Program-made: the position numbers and the translations under genes | The notes under the pieces: generated by a model | Databases searched by the model: none | The model's input: the letters and a program-made list of their open reading frames with translations, nothing else | What the model was told of the DNA's origin: nothing | From: a plasmid | Strand: one strand, 5' to 3' | Length of the DNA stretch: 64,000 bases | Sequence record: NZ_CP145666.1 | Shown here: positions 47,648 through 57,270 of the stretch, in pieces | Layout: each line of letters opens with the position of its first letter | How positions within the stretch are numbered: the stretch's first letter is position 1

Positions 47648-48322
47648 ATGATGAACATAAATTACAGTATTAATAACAGTGTGCTCATGATGATGAGTGA
47701 GTTTATGATTACAGCTTTTGTAATCGTAATACTTTTTGTGATTGTATTAGTATATAACAAAGCGTTTAAGTCTGAATTAAGCATAAAAATATTTTGTTTT
47801 AGTCAGTTAACAGCCATTTTCATTTCCGTATTAGAAATAACAACAAAAAGAACAAATGCTGGAAGTATCAGTATTACATGGAGTGACGGCATCCATCAGT
47901 TTTATACTCACGTTTTTCTGGGGTTTGCTTTTTCTTTCTTACTTTTTTTGCTTGGTCTTTATGACTACAAAATGAAAGGCAACAAAGATGGTTTAAAGGA
48001 TTGCAAAAAACATGTTTTACCGTGTTTCATAGGGAGTTGGTTCGTATTAATAATATTCTTTTTCTCCGCTTCGCCTTTGCGCTATGAGGAGAATTTGATT
48101 ACGGATGCTCGCGTCGTAGCTTCGGATCCCAATCGAACCACAATTATCTATGCTGATGGGTTCTACTGGCTATTTGATATGGATAGAAATGAATTTGATA
48201 AGTCTATATCCAGAGAGATAGTCAGAGGCAACTACAAGATGTTATGTACTTCAGATACACCAGCTACCTGCTGGGCGGGCAGAAAATTCCCCAAAAACAC
48301 ATCACTGGATAAAGTTTTATGA
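47648..48322 (+). CDS. polytopic membrane protein (224 aa), AT-rich island
   Basis: AGGAG SD; GC well below the flanking sequence. Confidence 0.45.
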   Translation: MMNINYSINNSVLMMMSEFMITAFVIVILFVIVLVYNKAFKSELSIKIFCFSQLTAIFISVLEITTKRTNAGSISITWSDGIHQFYTHVFLGFAFSFLLFLLGLYDYKMKGNKDGLKDCKKHVLPCFIGSWFVLIIFFFSASPLRYEENLITDARVVASDPNRTTIIYADGFYWLFDMDRNEFDKSISREIVRGNYKMLCTSDTPATCWAGRKFPKNTSLDKVL

Positions 48323-48783
48323 AAGATTGTAACGCTGAGAAATATAGCTATTCATGTCTTTTCGCAGCGGTATTTAGACCAGGTGAAATGCCTGTCATTT
48401 CCGCGTTCCGGGCGCGGTATTGGGCTCTAATCATTCGATGGGCATTGCGTTTCGGTTACACCGTTTGCCTGATTGGCAGCACTGGAACCGGAAAAAGTTA
48501 CCTCATCGAAAGAACGCTACCAGGACGGATCATTGATGCCCGACTGTTACTGGTAAAGAATGATTGGCATGGCCCTGTGCCATTCAGTTTGCGCGGTGCA
48601 AAGCCCGGCCCAGTTGGCATTGATGAGTCGTCCAGCTTTTCAGAGGAAACGCTGCGTCAGAACGCGGAGAACCTGAAAGAAAGAGGGGTAGTGTATACAG
48701 CACAAAGCATTGATAAAGCAGCTAAAGTTGCAGCCAACCTGCCAAACAGGCGTGTGTTGCTTATCATGATTGGAAAAACGTAG
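48319..48783 (+). CDS. small P-loop NTPase (154 aa)
   Basis: Walker A GSTGTGKS; ATGA overlap with the upstream gene. Confidence 0.45.
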   Translation: MKDCNAEKYSYSCLFAAVFRPGEMPVISAFRARYWALIIRWALRFGYTVCLIGSTGTGKSYLIERTLPGRIIDARLLLVKNDWHGPVPFSLRGAKPGPVGIDESSSFSEETLRQNAENLKERGVVYTAQSIDKAAKVAANLPNRRVLLIMIGKT

Positions 48784-48921
48784 CCTCTGCGGTCTAGGCC
48801 ATCTGACCTGCTGAACTGACGCAGTAGACTCTCTCGGAGGCAAACAAATTTGCTGGTGGGATAAAATGGGCGCATACTTAAAGCACGTGTAATCGACACG
48901 TGCTTTTTTATTGGAGGACAC

Positions 48922-49161
48922 ATGCAGGCTACAGCTGCTCGCCAGAAAAAAACCGTCAGTGTCACCCTTGAGCCAATGCTCGTACAGCAGGCAAAAGACG
49001 CTGGGATTAACTTGTCCGCCACGCTGGCAGAAGCGCTTCAGAGCAAACTGAAGGCCAGTGCAGCGGAAGAATGGAAACGACAGAATCGTGCTGGTATTCA
49101 GGAGTTGAACCGCATCACTGAAGAGCATGGGTTACTGTCTGACGAATACAGGACGTTCTGA
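48922..49161 (+). CDS. ccdA: CcdA-family antitoxin (79 aa)
   Basis: C-terminal WKRQNRAGIQELNRITEEHGLLSDEYRTF parallels the CcdA C-terminus; GGAGG SD; followed by ccdB. Confidence 0.75.
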   Translation: MQATAARQKKTVSVTLEPMLVQQAKDAGINLSATLAEALQSKLKASAAEEWKRQNRAGIQELNRITEEHGLLSDEYRTF

Positions 49162-49163
49162 TA

Positions 49164-49472
49164 ATGCAATATACCGTTTACCGCAATCCCGGCAACAGCC
49201 AGGCATACCCTTACCTGCTGGATATACAGAGCGACATCATTGGCGAGTTAAATACCCGCCTGGTGATCCCCCTTCATCGGCTTAAAAAAGGAGCCTCGGC
49301 CCCGGTTGCGCGATTAACTCCGGTCATACAGGTGGAAGGGAATGACGTTATCCTGATGACGCATGAAATGGCTTCAGTCCGCGTGAAGCAGCTCGGTCAG
49401 GCGGTCATGGACGCATCTCCGTTCCGGCACACTATCAAAAGTGCGGTGGACTTCCTGCTGGATGGTTTCTGA
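49164..49472 (+). CDS. ccdB: CcdB-family gyrase toxin (102 aa)
   Basis: MQYTVYRNP...YLLDIQSDII...VIPL...PVIQVEGNDVILMTHEMASV closely parallels F CcdB. Confidence 0.8.
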   Translation: MQYTVYRNPGNSQAYPYLLDIQSDIIGELNTRLVIPLHRLKKGASAPVARLTPVIQVEGNDVILMTHEMASVRVKQLGQAVMDASPFRHTIKSAVDFLLDGF

Positions 49473-49482
49473 CAGAGATAAT

Positions 49483-49653
49483 GAGCGAGAAAATGATGAA
49501 GCAAAATGAACTGCTGGAAGTGGCAAAAGCCATGCGCGATTATATTGATGCCCTCCCTACCGATGTCGTTGCAGCATTACCGGTGATGCCGGGATTTGAT
49601 CGAGACTGGGCCGACGAAGTCATTTACGAAGCCGAATCCGCCAGCAAATAACC
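49483..49653 (+). CDS. small acidic protein (56 aa), tentative
   Basis: Open frame after the ccdB stop; not in the ORF track (under 60 aa). Confidence 0.25.
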
Positions 49654-49805
49654 CCCCGTCTGCGCCCGTTTCATCTGAATTCGGGCCGTCACAATCTTTC
49701 TGATTTTATTGAGAAAACAGCCTCTTTTTGTCCCCTTTTTTCCTTCGTCAGCAGACTCAGTCGTTCGATAATAAAAACAGACCAACACAACCACTGAGGT
49801 GTTTC

Positions 49806-50360
49806 ATGTTAGCGATTATCCCGGCAGCAGGCACTGACAAGGTTTTTAAAACCTCCCTCAAACACGTGCTCGATGAGGACTTCCTGTTTGCAATGGCTTC
49901 AAAAGCAAGCGCGACGTACATTTCATCCCATATCAGCGATGACGGTGAGGGCACAGTGTTTTTCAGTCTGAGCGACTGGGATAACCTCAAGCCTTCCTTA
50001 TCGGCTGATGGCTGGGATGGCGATACGATGCCCGGCTTCATTGATTTGCTGGATGCAATCGCAGCGCAGGGCTATAACACCGTCGAATTCCACATTTCTC
50101 ACCCACTGGTGGTTGGCGCGGTCTGGTTCACCGATGAGTATTACTTCACGGTTACCCCGCTGGCGTATGACCTTGCCACGCTGGATGGTCAGTTTGTTCT
50201 GCCGGATGGCTCTTCCTACCGGCTGGATGACCTTGATGAAGTCAGCTATGACGAAATGACCGACTACTTTGACGGCATTATCGAAGTCGATGGCGATACC
50301 ATGCTGGGTGTAAAGCGTAACGACGATGACACCGTAAACGTCAGCAAAATCGAAAGCTAA
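49806..50360 (+). CDS. highly acidic protein (184 aa), candidate DNA-mimic
   Basis: CTTCGTCAGC promoter module at 49743; Asp/Glu-rich throughout. Confidence 0.45.
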   Translation: MLAIIPAAGTDKVFKTSLKHVLDEDFLFAMASKASATYISSHISDDGEGTVFFSLSDWDNLKPSLSADGWDGDTMPGFIDLLDAIAAQGYNTVEFHISHPLVVGAVWFTDEYYFTVTPLAYDLATLDGQFVLPDGSSYRLDDLDEVSYDEMTDYFDGIIEVDGDTMLGVKRNDDDTVNVSKIES

Positions 50361-50429
50361 CCCCTCCTCCCCGGTGTCGGTATCCGCCGCGCCGGGCTAT
50401 TTTCCTGCCATCATCCTCTGGAGTGTTTC

Positions 50430-51047
50430 ATGAAAGACCGTTTTTATCTGGTCAGCTTGCGTGACACCGTTGGTAGCAATACCGCTTTTCATAGCCATCA
50501 CGGCAGAGGTTACAGCACCGATCAGCGTAATGCCCGGGTTTACACCCGCGAGGAAGCACAACGCGCATGGAATACGGGACGGGAGTTTGACCTGCCGGTT
50601 GATGCCGATGCAGTCGACCGCCATCTCGTGTTTCATGTTGATCATCAGTTTGTACCGGGAAAAACCATTCTCTCCGAAAGCGCCACCAAATATGTCGGCT
50701 TCGTTAATGGCCAATGGGACGGAAACGATCTGTTCTGGCTGGCTGATGCGGGTACTACCACGGATTTTTCCCTTGCCAGAGTTTTTGACTCACCACAGGC
50801 AGATAGACCTGATGTCGTCTGGTTACCCCATCACATCCCTGACGCTGCAAAGCGCCCTACCTTCAGTGTTGAGCGGATAGACCGCCGTAAAATGACGCAG
50901 GGGGCCGGTCTGCTGATGCCTGCCTGGCTGAAACGCCAAAATCGCCGACAGTCAAAGGGGCTGACTCGCTGGAATTGCCCCGGGTGTGGCCGTATTTCAT
51001 GGCAACAGAATCCGTATGATTTTGATGGTTGCCGGTTCTGCATATAG
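50430..51047 (+). CDS. hypothetical protein (205 aa) with C-terminal CxxC...C cluster
   Basis: GGAG SD. Confidence 0.45.
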   Translation: MKDRFYLVSLRDTVGSNTAFHSHHGRGYSTDQRNARVYTREEAQRAWNTGREFDLPVDADAVDRHLVFHVDHQFVPGKTILSESATKYVGFVNGQWDGNDLFWLADAGTTTDFSLARVFDSPQADRPDVVWLPHHIPDAAKRPTFSVERIDRRKMTQGAGLLMPAWLKRQNRRQSKGLTRWNCPGCGRISWQQNPYDFDGCRFCI

Positions 51048-51069
51048 TCAACTACCGCGAGAGGCCTCT

Positions 51070-51600
51070 ATGTTCCGATTATTACAGAAGTGGTTAGTCA
51101 GGTTTACCTGTCAGGACGATATAGATTGTATGTCGACCCGGCGCTCTGCGGGCGAGTTCTGGCTGGAAATAGATGCCCGTCGTCACTGGATTTTCCTGGA
51201 CATCGACGGTGTACTCCACCGGGCGGAAAACGGGTCACTGGAGTTTATGCCTGTGCTGGATCACGTGCTGACGCAATGCCCGCAGACGGGAATTATCCTT
51301 TCCACAAACTGGCGTACCGGCGTACCCCGGGAGATGGTGCTGAGTCATTTCCCTGCGGGTATACGCGATCGGATTGCTGGACTCAATCCCGATCTGGATG
51401 GGCTGGTGAATAACCACGTGCGTTATCACGAATGCATGGCGGTCGTTAAACGGTTCGGCCTACAGCATTACACCTTCGTGGACGATACCGCTCGACTCTT
51501 TCCAACTGACTGCCCTGCCCTGTTCCTGACTCACCGGCACGAGGGGCTGAATGCAACGCAGGGTAGCGCTTTGATAGACCGGATTCGGTTAATGAAATGA
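51070..51600 (+). CDS. HAD-superfamily hydrolase-like (176 aa)
   Basis: Motif I FLDIDGVL; GAGAGG SD before ATG 51070. Confidence 0.5.
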   Translation: MFRLLQKWLVRFTCQDDIDCMSTRRSAGEFWLEIDARRHWIFLDIDGVLHRAENGSLEFMPVLDHVLTQCPQTGIILSTNWRTGVPREMVLSHFPAGIRDRIAGLNPDLDGLVNNHVRYHECMAVVKRFGLQHYTFVDDTARLFPTDCPALFLTHRHEGLNATQGSALIDRIRLMK

Positions 51601-51868
51601 CCGGTTTAAGGCTGAATACAAATTATTAATGAGGATGCGTTATGAATGAAATCCCACAATACGTCTATGACCTGATCGGTATTTGCCTCTTTGTTGGAAT
51701 GTGGGTCGGAGGCGTTCTGCTTATTTGGTTTATTTTCTCTAATGGAGAGAGCGACGAATAGCCAGGCAACTGGCGCAACTGATGTTGCAGGATGGCCCCA
51801 ACAATATCTTACCTGCTTACGCTCTGATTACCCGCGCAACGCTTCGTCAGAAGCGGAAAGCTGGGATA

Positions 51869-52189
51869 ATGAATATATCCCGTATACACCAGGCTATCCC
51901 AATGAAAATTACTGTGTTTACTGCCCCTGATTGTCCGAAATGTCGCATGACGCTTACCCGCTTTTCTCTGGCTGGGGTGGACGTGAATGAGATCCCGCTG
52001 GTGGACAACGCAGATCTCGTTCGCCTGACACAAAATACCGGTGCGCCGCTGGTGGTGGTGGTCAACGATTCGGGCCGTGTGACGGGTTGGGGTGGGTTCC
52101 GGCCAGATCTTATTGCGACAACTGCCAATGGCTGGAGTGTCGGGTCACTCGATATCCCCCCGTCGCTGGTTAATCACGTCCTTCACTGA
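51869..52189 (+). CDS. NrdH/glutaredoxin-like redoxin (start 51869 or 51903)
   Basis: KITVFTAPDCPKCR thioredoxin-fold CxxC. Confidence 0.5.
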   Translation: MNISRIHQAIPMKITVFTAPDCPKCRMTLTRFSLAGVDVNEIPLVDNADLVRLTQNTGAPLVVVVNDSGRVTGWGGFRPDLIATTANGWSVGSLDIPPSLVNHVLH

Positions 52190-52199
52190 GGTAAACGCC

Positions 52200-52598
52200 A
52201 TGCACAATATCTCTGTCGAAATCCCTGCGGCCCTCGGCGTACATCCTCCTTCAGGAGCGGATGTCGTGCTTATAGACGATCTGAATAACGCCCTCGCCGG
52301 TGCTGGCTTACCGCAACTGAAGATAGAGCCGATAACGTGGACACCGCCATCAGGCCGACCGGTGATCTACCGGTCTGAGGTTCCCGATATCCTGCGCATT
52401 GCAGGTATAAACCCTGACACCTCTGACATGGTGAAAACCTTCTGTTCCGGGCCACTGCCGATTGACGATAACGAGCTGGATGCCCTTCTGGAGATGCGCG
52501 AACGGGACGGTCATAGCGAAAGCTTCAGGATCGCGCTCTGTGGGGCGCTGGACGCGATTCTCATTCGACTCTACTCAGCAGAGCGTCAGCTTCGTTGA
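52200..52598 (+). CDS. hypothetical protein (132 aa)
   Basis: GAGGTAA SD. Confidence 0.4.
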   Translation: MHNISVEIPAALGVHPPSGADVVLIDDLNNALAGAGLPQLKIEPITWTPPSGRPVIYRSEVPDILRIAGINPDTSDMVKTFCSGPLPIDDNELDALLEMRERDGHSESFRIALCGALDAILIRLYSAERQLR

Positions 52599-52680
52599 AA
52601 CGCCAGTAAAGACGCTGGTGGCCTCATATGAGGTATCAATCGGCTCGGTTCCGTCTCAATAATTTAAAGAGAGCACGGTA

Positions 52681-53008
52681 TATGAGTCCTGAAGAAGAAA
52701 AAGTGCTGCATCAGCGGCTGATACAGCTTGGCGATATGATGGGGGATGGCCTGCACTATGAGCGCGACGGTCAATGGATCACCCGGGAGTACAAAGCCAC
52801 GTTGCGGGCGCTGGGGCTTTTGAAGGCTCCCAAGCGTAAGCATAACCCGACCAAAACACTCGCTGTGGATGAGCGAATGGCACAACGTGTGAAGGACGTA
52901 GCCTGTACCCAGTGCGCCGGGAAACTGAAACAGGTGCGCTCCGGGTCTCTGAAAGCGCAATGCACCCGGTGCAAAACCAAGTTCACCCTCCTGAAAACCA
53001 TTAAGTAA
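52681..53008 (+). CDS. hypothetical basic protein (108 aa) with CxxC...CxxC
   Basis: Open frame; AGAGAG SD. Confidence 0.4.
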
Positions 53009-53181
53009 CTATACCCGCAGCTGGTGGTCACCCCACCAGCATAAAATATACCCGAAACTGTGACACCTGCGCTTGCCTGCCTCAATGTCGTGATAGCTGA
53101 CAACCCCCACGAAGAAAACAAACCTCACACCTGCGATCGTCGTGATGCAACGATTTTGTCGAGCCAATTATATGAAGAGAC

Positions 53182-53271
53182 TGTTATGAAAGACTTCCAT
53201 TTCCTGTATGTCGAACTCCTGGTCGAATTGCTTCGACTGGTCAATTTTCTTCTGCCGTTGTGGTTTGGTAG
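53182..53271 (+). CDS. 29-aa hydrophobic peptide MKDFHFLYVELLVELLRLVNFLLPLWFGS, tentative type I toxin-like
   Basis: GAAGAGA SD 5 nt before ATG; amphipathic helix. Confidence 0.2.
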   Translation, partial: CYERLPFPVCRTPGRIASTGQFSSAVVVW

Positions 53272-53321
53272 TTGAAAATAGCAGGTAATACCCGGGCAAG
53301 ACCTTCCCGTTTTTTTAAAAT

Positions 53322-53345
53322 AAAAGGGCGCACATAGCGCCCTGT
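53322..53345. terminator. bidirectional hairpin terminator
   Basis: AGGGCGCACATAGCGCCCT flanked by A/T runs. Confidence 0.5.
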
Positions 53346-53370
53346 CAGAAAGGTATTTTGAAGCAGCAGA

Positions 53371-53709
53371 CTACTTACGAAACTCCCATTGTTTAATCAG
53401 CTTTTTGACAAACGTCTCGCCATAGATCTCATGTGACTCCATGTATGCACAAAGCTGTATCAGGGTCATCATGCCATCGCGAAGGGTATCGCATGACTCG
53501 TTACGGCAATAGGCCGTGAGTTTGTACATATTCGCCCCGCAAACGTCCGGGTTGTAGAGATTAACAATCAGGCTTGCCGCGAATTTCTTTCTCTCTGCGA
53601 TAGCGCCCAGATAAGCCAGCTCCCTTTTCAGGTCTTCCGGGATAGGTGTGACAGCACACGCTCGCGGGTTCAGGTTTATCTGGATATGGTCAAAGTCGAG
53701 TTCCTGCAT
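53371..53709 (-). CDS. hypothetical protein (112 aa), minus strand
   Basis: Isolated minus-strand ORF with GGAACCAGGA SD-like region. Confidence 0.4.
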   Translation of the reverse strand: MQELDFDHIQINLNPRACAVTPIPEDLKRELAYLGAIAERKKFAASLIVNLYNPDVCGANMYKLTAYCRNESCDTLRDGMMTLIQLCAYMESHEIYGETFVKKLIKQWEFRK

Positions 53710-53946
53710 TGTCCTGGTTCCTTCTGCTGATATTCGGTATCCGTCTGCCGGGCCACACGATTCTGCATGTAATGCCCTTCATATCACCATTGTACCGGAT
53801 ACCTGCAATTTGCCCCGTAACTACCGGTGCTGATGATAAAAAATATCTTTATTTTGCGAACGATATACACCAGTCCGTCCTGATTTCGTCAGCTGAATTG
53901 TGCCGGGTAAGCTGGTTGCCATGTGAGTGACCTAATGGAGAACACC

Positions 53947-54390
53947 ATGCAGCACACTGCAACCACACACCCGCAACCGGCTAACACCGTGAGTATCGTC
54001 AGTACGACCTACGGTCAGACGCTGGTGGTACTGAACGGGAAATGTCTCTACTGCGCACCACCAGAGCGAGGAGACGAAGCCCGGCAGCTGGCATCAACCA
54101 CTGCCGGGGCACTCAACGTGCCGGTCGATGTCGTCCACCTCGATACATTTGCTACCGATACAACCGAAAGCCAGCTGATGGCCCGCTTTGAAAACCAGAA
54201 TGCCGGGCCGTGGTATAGCCATGCGTTTACCATCGCGTTCAGTGTTGAATACCCGGCGAAGAGTAGCGATGACATTCCACCAGCGGAATTACACCGTGCA
54301 TTGATGAAGCGGGCCAGAGAGTTTACCGGTGATCTGGATGCGCTGGTGGAAGCCTGCGGGGCATCTTATGACAGTTATCAGATGGGGTAA
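53947..54390 (+). CDS. hypothetical protein (147 aa)
   Basis: GGAG SD 6 nt before ATG 53947; promoter-module variant TTTCGTCAGC 65 nt upstream. Confidence 0.4.
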   Translation: MQHTATTHPQPANTVSIVSTTYGQTLVVLNGKCLYCAPPERGDEARQLASTTAGALNVPVDVVHLDTFATDTTESQLMARFENQNAGPWYSHAFTIAFSVEYPAKSSDDIPPAELHRALMKRAREFTGDLDALVEACGASYDSYQMG

Positions 54391-54508
54391 CTCCTGCTGG
54401 AAATGACCGCATTCTGCTGGCGTTTTCAATGAGATATCGCCAGCCGCTTTGGTAGAGTTTTCCAGATAGCAAGCGAACATCATAGCCAGTGGCAAGAGGT
54501 AAACCTAT

Positions 54509-54850
54509 ATGAATTCTGTCTGTCTTGATTACGAGAAAGTGGATTTTCTGGCGAATCTCCTGATCCCCACCCTCGCCAGACACCCCATCAGTAACAGTTT
54601 CCCGGAGCGCGGCCTCGCACTTAAGGAAAAGCACCCTGAGCTGGTGGGCTGGCCCGAGCGCAAACTGGGTGAAGTGGAAAATTACCAGAATGCACTGTCC
54701 AGACAGCTACCGAGCCTGAACAGCATGTCCTTGCCGGAGTTTATCGACTTCATTCTCACCCCGCATGTCGCGGAGTATGTTCTTGAGCAGGTTGGCACTC
54801 CGCTTGCTGAAGAAACCATGCAGCTGTTTATGGCGAAAGTGAAGGCATAA
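54509..54850 (+). CDS. hypothetical protein (113 aa)
   Basis: GAGGTAA SD. Confidence 0.4.
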   Translation: MNSVCLDYEKVDFLANLLIPTLARHPISNSFPERGLALKEKHPELVGWPERKLGEVENYQNALSRQLPSLNSMSLPEFIDFILTPHVAEYVLEQVGTPLAEETMQLFMAKVKA

Positions 54851-54931
54851 CGCGGTTTTCAGCCCCATATACTCCAGATCATAACCGGCCTTAATGGTCG
54901 GTTTTTTTTGTGAATTTTCTGCCCCGAAAGC

Positions 54932-54982
54932 CTTCGTCACCTGCGGGGAGCGTGGTTAACTGGTTATGTAAACAAAACGAAC
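54932..54982 (+). promoter_or_regulatory. accessory promoter module CTTCGTCACC ... GTAAACAAAACGAAC
   Basis: ATG at 55009. Confidence 0.5.
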
Positions 54983-55008
54983 AACACACATAACTACAGG
55001 GGTCTACC

Positions 55009-55563
55009 ATGTTAAATCCAGCTATCTGCGCCATGTTCATGTTTCAGGGCTTCCAGCATGAAGTCTCCCGTCTGACCGCATTATCAGTGGCTAATCCTAT
55101 CCCCCTCACCTTCAACTGTGACAGCATACAGACAATGATCTGTGAAACGCTGGCTGGTGGCGAAATTGAATGTGCTCACTGGATGTTGGATGCCGCAGAG
55201 CAGATCTGTAAAGCCTGCGAACCTGCGTATCAGGCATCTGAAGAACCGGGAGTCTGGTACTACGACATTGCTGAACGTCTGGGCGCTGAAGTGGCCTGCC
55301 GTTGCGTAAAAGGTGATATCAGCACTGACCAATTGGTCGCTGTTGCAGTTAACCTCACTGAGTCATGGAACACGCTGAGCGAAGACAGCAATCAGGAGCC
55401 TGATTGCGGATCATATGAAAATACCGTCAGGACGTTGGTAGAACGTGCTGATACAGCAGAAGCGGCTTGCGTAGAAGCAGTCAGAATCCTTGATGGTGGT
55501 GAGCGGCAGGCGTTATCAAAGGCGATAGCAATTCTTCGCCCTGTGGCCGCAACGTTGCAGTAG
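55009..55563 (+). CDS. hypothetical Cys-rich protein (184 aa)
   Basis: CAGGGG SD. Confidence 0.45.
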   Translation: MLNPAICAMFMFQGFQHEVSRLTALSVANPIPLTFNCDSIQTMICETLAGGEIECAHWMLDAAEQICKACEPAYQASEEPGVWYYDIAERLGAEVACRCVKGDISTDQLVAVAVNLTESWNTLSEDSNQEPDCGSYENTVRTLVERADTAEAACVEAVRILDGGERQALSKAIAILRPVAATLQ

Positions 55564-55612
55564 ATAGTGGCAGAACACCAATACACACAACACTCACTAC
55601 AGGAAAATGACC

Positions 55613-55879
55613 ATGAAACTCACCGTATCGACTCGCCCGGTAAGAATTGAAGGGAATTATGTCTCTGTCGTCTTTAATCGTTCCCATAACTCCATGCCGG
55701 AAACAGCAGAGGTTAAAAATGCCGATCAGGCGCGGGCATTCATCAACGATTACATCGCCCGTAATATCAACGAAACGCCGATGCATCTGGTGCTGACAAA
55801 AGAGGGCCGGGCATTTGGCGGGTTCGACGCGCTGAATAGTAGCCTTCCGCCCGCGATTGAATCATCAACCCGTTTGTAA
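55613..55879 (+). CDS. hypothetical small protein (88 aa)
   Basis: Leader resembles the 3' part of the 54.9-kb promoter leader. Confidence 0.4.
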   Translation: MKLTVSTRPVRIEGNYVSVVFNRSHNSMPETAEVKNADQARAFINDYIARNINETPMHLVLTKEGRAFGGFDALNSSLPPAIESSTRL

Positions 55880-55946
55880 TGACTGACTGGTGGCGCTCAG
55901 TGAGGAGCGTCACCCGGCATCACGGAGGGAGTTGCAAGAGTTCTGA

Positions 55947-56186
55947 TTAGCCTTTCCTGACCCACGCCCAAAGCATCGCACCCGCCAACACCGTCAGCAT
56001 CAGAGCAAACACGGAACCAACCAGACTCGCATCGCCATTCTTGCCGGAGTAACCGCAGGTTTGAGATGCGTCACCAACTGCCTGACAAATTGAATCGGGA
56101 TCAAGTCCCCAGTAGACAAAGGCGAACAAGGCAATTACAGAGATAAACGCTTTAGCGACTTTCGCTTTCTGAATCATCAGAGACAC
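55947..56186 (-). CDS. small two-TM membrane protein (79 aa), downstream of the RES toxin gene
   Basis: Hydrophobic helices; same strand as, and 35 nt after, the RES gene. Confidence 0.35.
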   Translation of the reverse strand: MSLMIQKAKVAKAFISVIALFAFVYWGLDPDSICQAVGDASQTCGYSGKNGDASLVGSVFALMLTVLAGAMLWAWVRKG

Positions 56187-56220
56187 CTCAGTTCGTCAAT
56201 GCCGGGGAGTTGCCTGTGTG

Positions 56221-56679
56221 TTATTTCAGGCGGGAATCAAACCGGAACGGAATTTTCTTAACCGTAGCCATCAGGTCAAAGAGTTCAGGGTGTGCCGGAT
56301 TCAGCAAGTAGTTAAATTCAACCGGAGACAACGCACTTGGAATACGCAGCGCGATAGAAGAACCGCTTTCAGCCCAGTTATCACCGTAGAGCGCCAGCTC
56401 AGCAGGAGCATCCTCACTCGCCCAGTTATCAGGGAGACGGCTCATGTCGAAGGTCTGGATCTGATCATCCGGTACATCAAGACTCAGCAGTGTAAAGTCG
56501 TCCAGTAACTGCGGCGCGTGAATGTGTACCAGCGTTTCAAGCATGGTAAGGCTGGCCGTTTCAGACAGGTAGACCATTGCAGTGCCTACGCTGTTCCAGC
56601 GGCCCCCCGCTTCTTTCGCACCCAGACCAGACCACGCAGTCATCAGATAACGGGTCTTGGTCAGTCGGTAAAGGATCAC
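56221..56679 (-). CDS. RES-domain toxin (152 aa)
   Basis: RLTKTRY...GRWN...VYLSETASLTMLETLVH matches the RES domain signature (Arg, Tyr, His). Confidence 0.65.
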   Translation of the reverse strand: MILYRLTKTRYLMTAWSGLGAKEAGGRWNSVGTAMVYLSETASLTMLETLVHIHAPQLLDDFTLLSLDVPDDQIQTFDMSRLPDNWASEDAPAELALYGDNWAESGSSIALRIPSALSPVEFNYLLNPAHPELFDLMATVKKIPFRFDSRLK

Positions 56680-57122
56680 GAGTATACCCCGTGCTCAATA
56701 CGCGTAATCAGGCGCATCACTTCAAGCGCACCTGTCTCAGAAGAAACAAGCTCTGCCGGTGATTTCCAGCTCAGACCACGGTTCGCTTCGTTCAGCCATT
56801 TGTGCGCCGCTTCTTTGTCACCTTCAAACAGCTCTACAGCGCGTTCAATTACGCGGATAATGCGCACCAGACGTTCGCTCTGATCGGCAGTGAAACGGTC
56901 TTTGATGCTACGATTAAACGTCGTATTAGGTATACCCGACATTTTGCGCAGCTCAGACGGCGTGATGTTAGCCCATTCAGAAATGTGCTTAGCTACTGTG
57001 CCATCGAGACCGTGATTGATTTTATCCATCAGCGCGATACCGTCATTATCCAGCCCAGCAACCTGCCATAAGCAGTGCTGATTCGTTTTGGTAACGTCTG
57101 GAGAAAAAACTTTCATCGTCAT
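56676..57122 (-). CDS. Xre/MbcA-like antitoxin partner of RES toxin (148 aa)
   Basis: Overlaps the RES start (ATGA). C-terminal SPAELVSSETGALEVMRLITRIEHGVY is a DUF2384-like pattern. GGGAGGG SD before ATG 57122. Confidence 0.6.
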   Translation of the reverse strand: MTMKVFSPDVTKTNQHCLWQVAGLDNDGIALMDKINHGLDGTVAKHISEWANITPSELRKMSGIPNTTFNRSIKDRFTADQSERLVRIIRVIERAVELFEGDKEAAHKWLNEANRGLSWKSPAELVSSETGALEVMRLITRIEHGVYS

Positions 57123-57205
57123 AACTAGCCCTCCCATTTGGTAATTCAATTATACCATATGGAACACTAACGGCAATCTTTTAACCATCAGACAACCTCA
57201 GCGCC

Positions 57206-57215
57206 CTTCGTCACC
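57206..57215 (+). promoter_or_regulatory. accessory promoter module core CTTCGTCACC
   Basis: 56 nt before ATG 57271. Confidence 0.45.
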
Positions 57216-57270
57216 AGCCCCACCTGCCAGATAATAGGTCAATAACGACAAAACTATGACAGGGGGCATC

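Noticed and set aside
50986-51069. Upstream extension of the HAD-like gene (track start 50986)
   Set aside because: The extension overlaps the preceding gene by 60 nt. ATG 51070 has a GAGAGG SD and gives a normal HAD motif I position.
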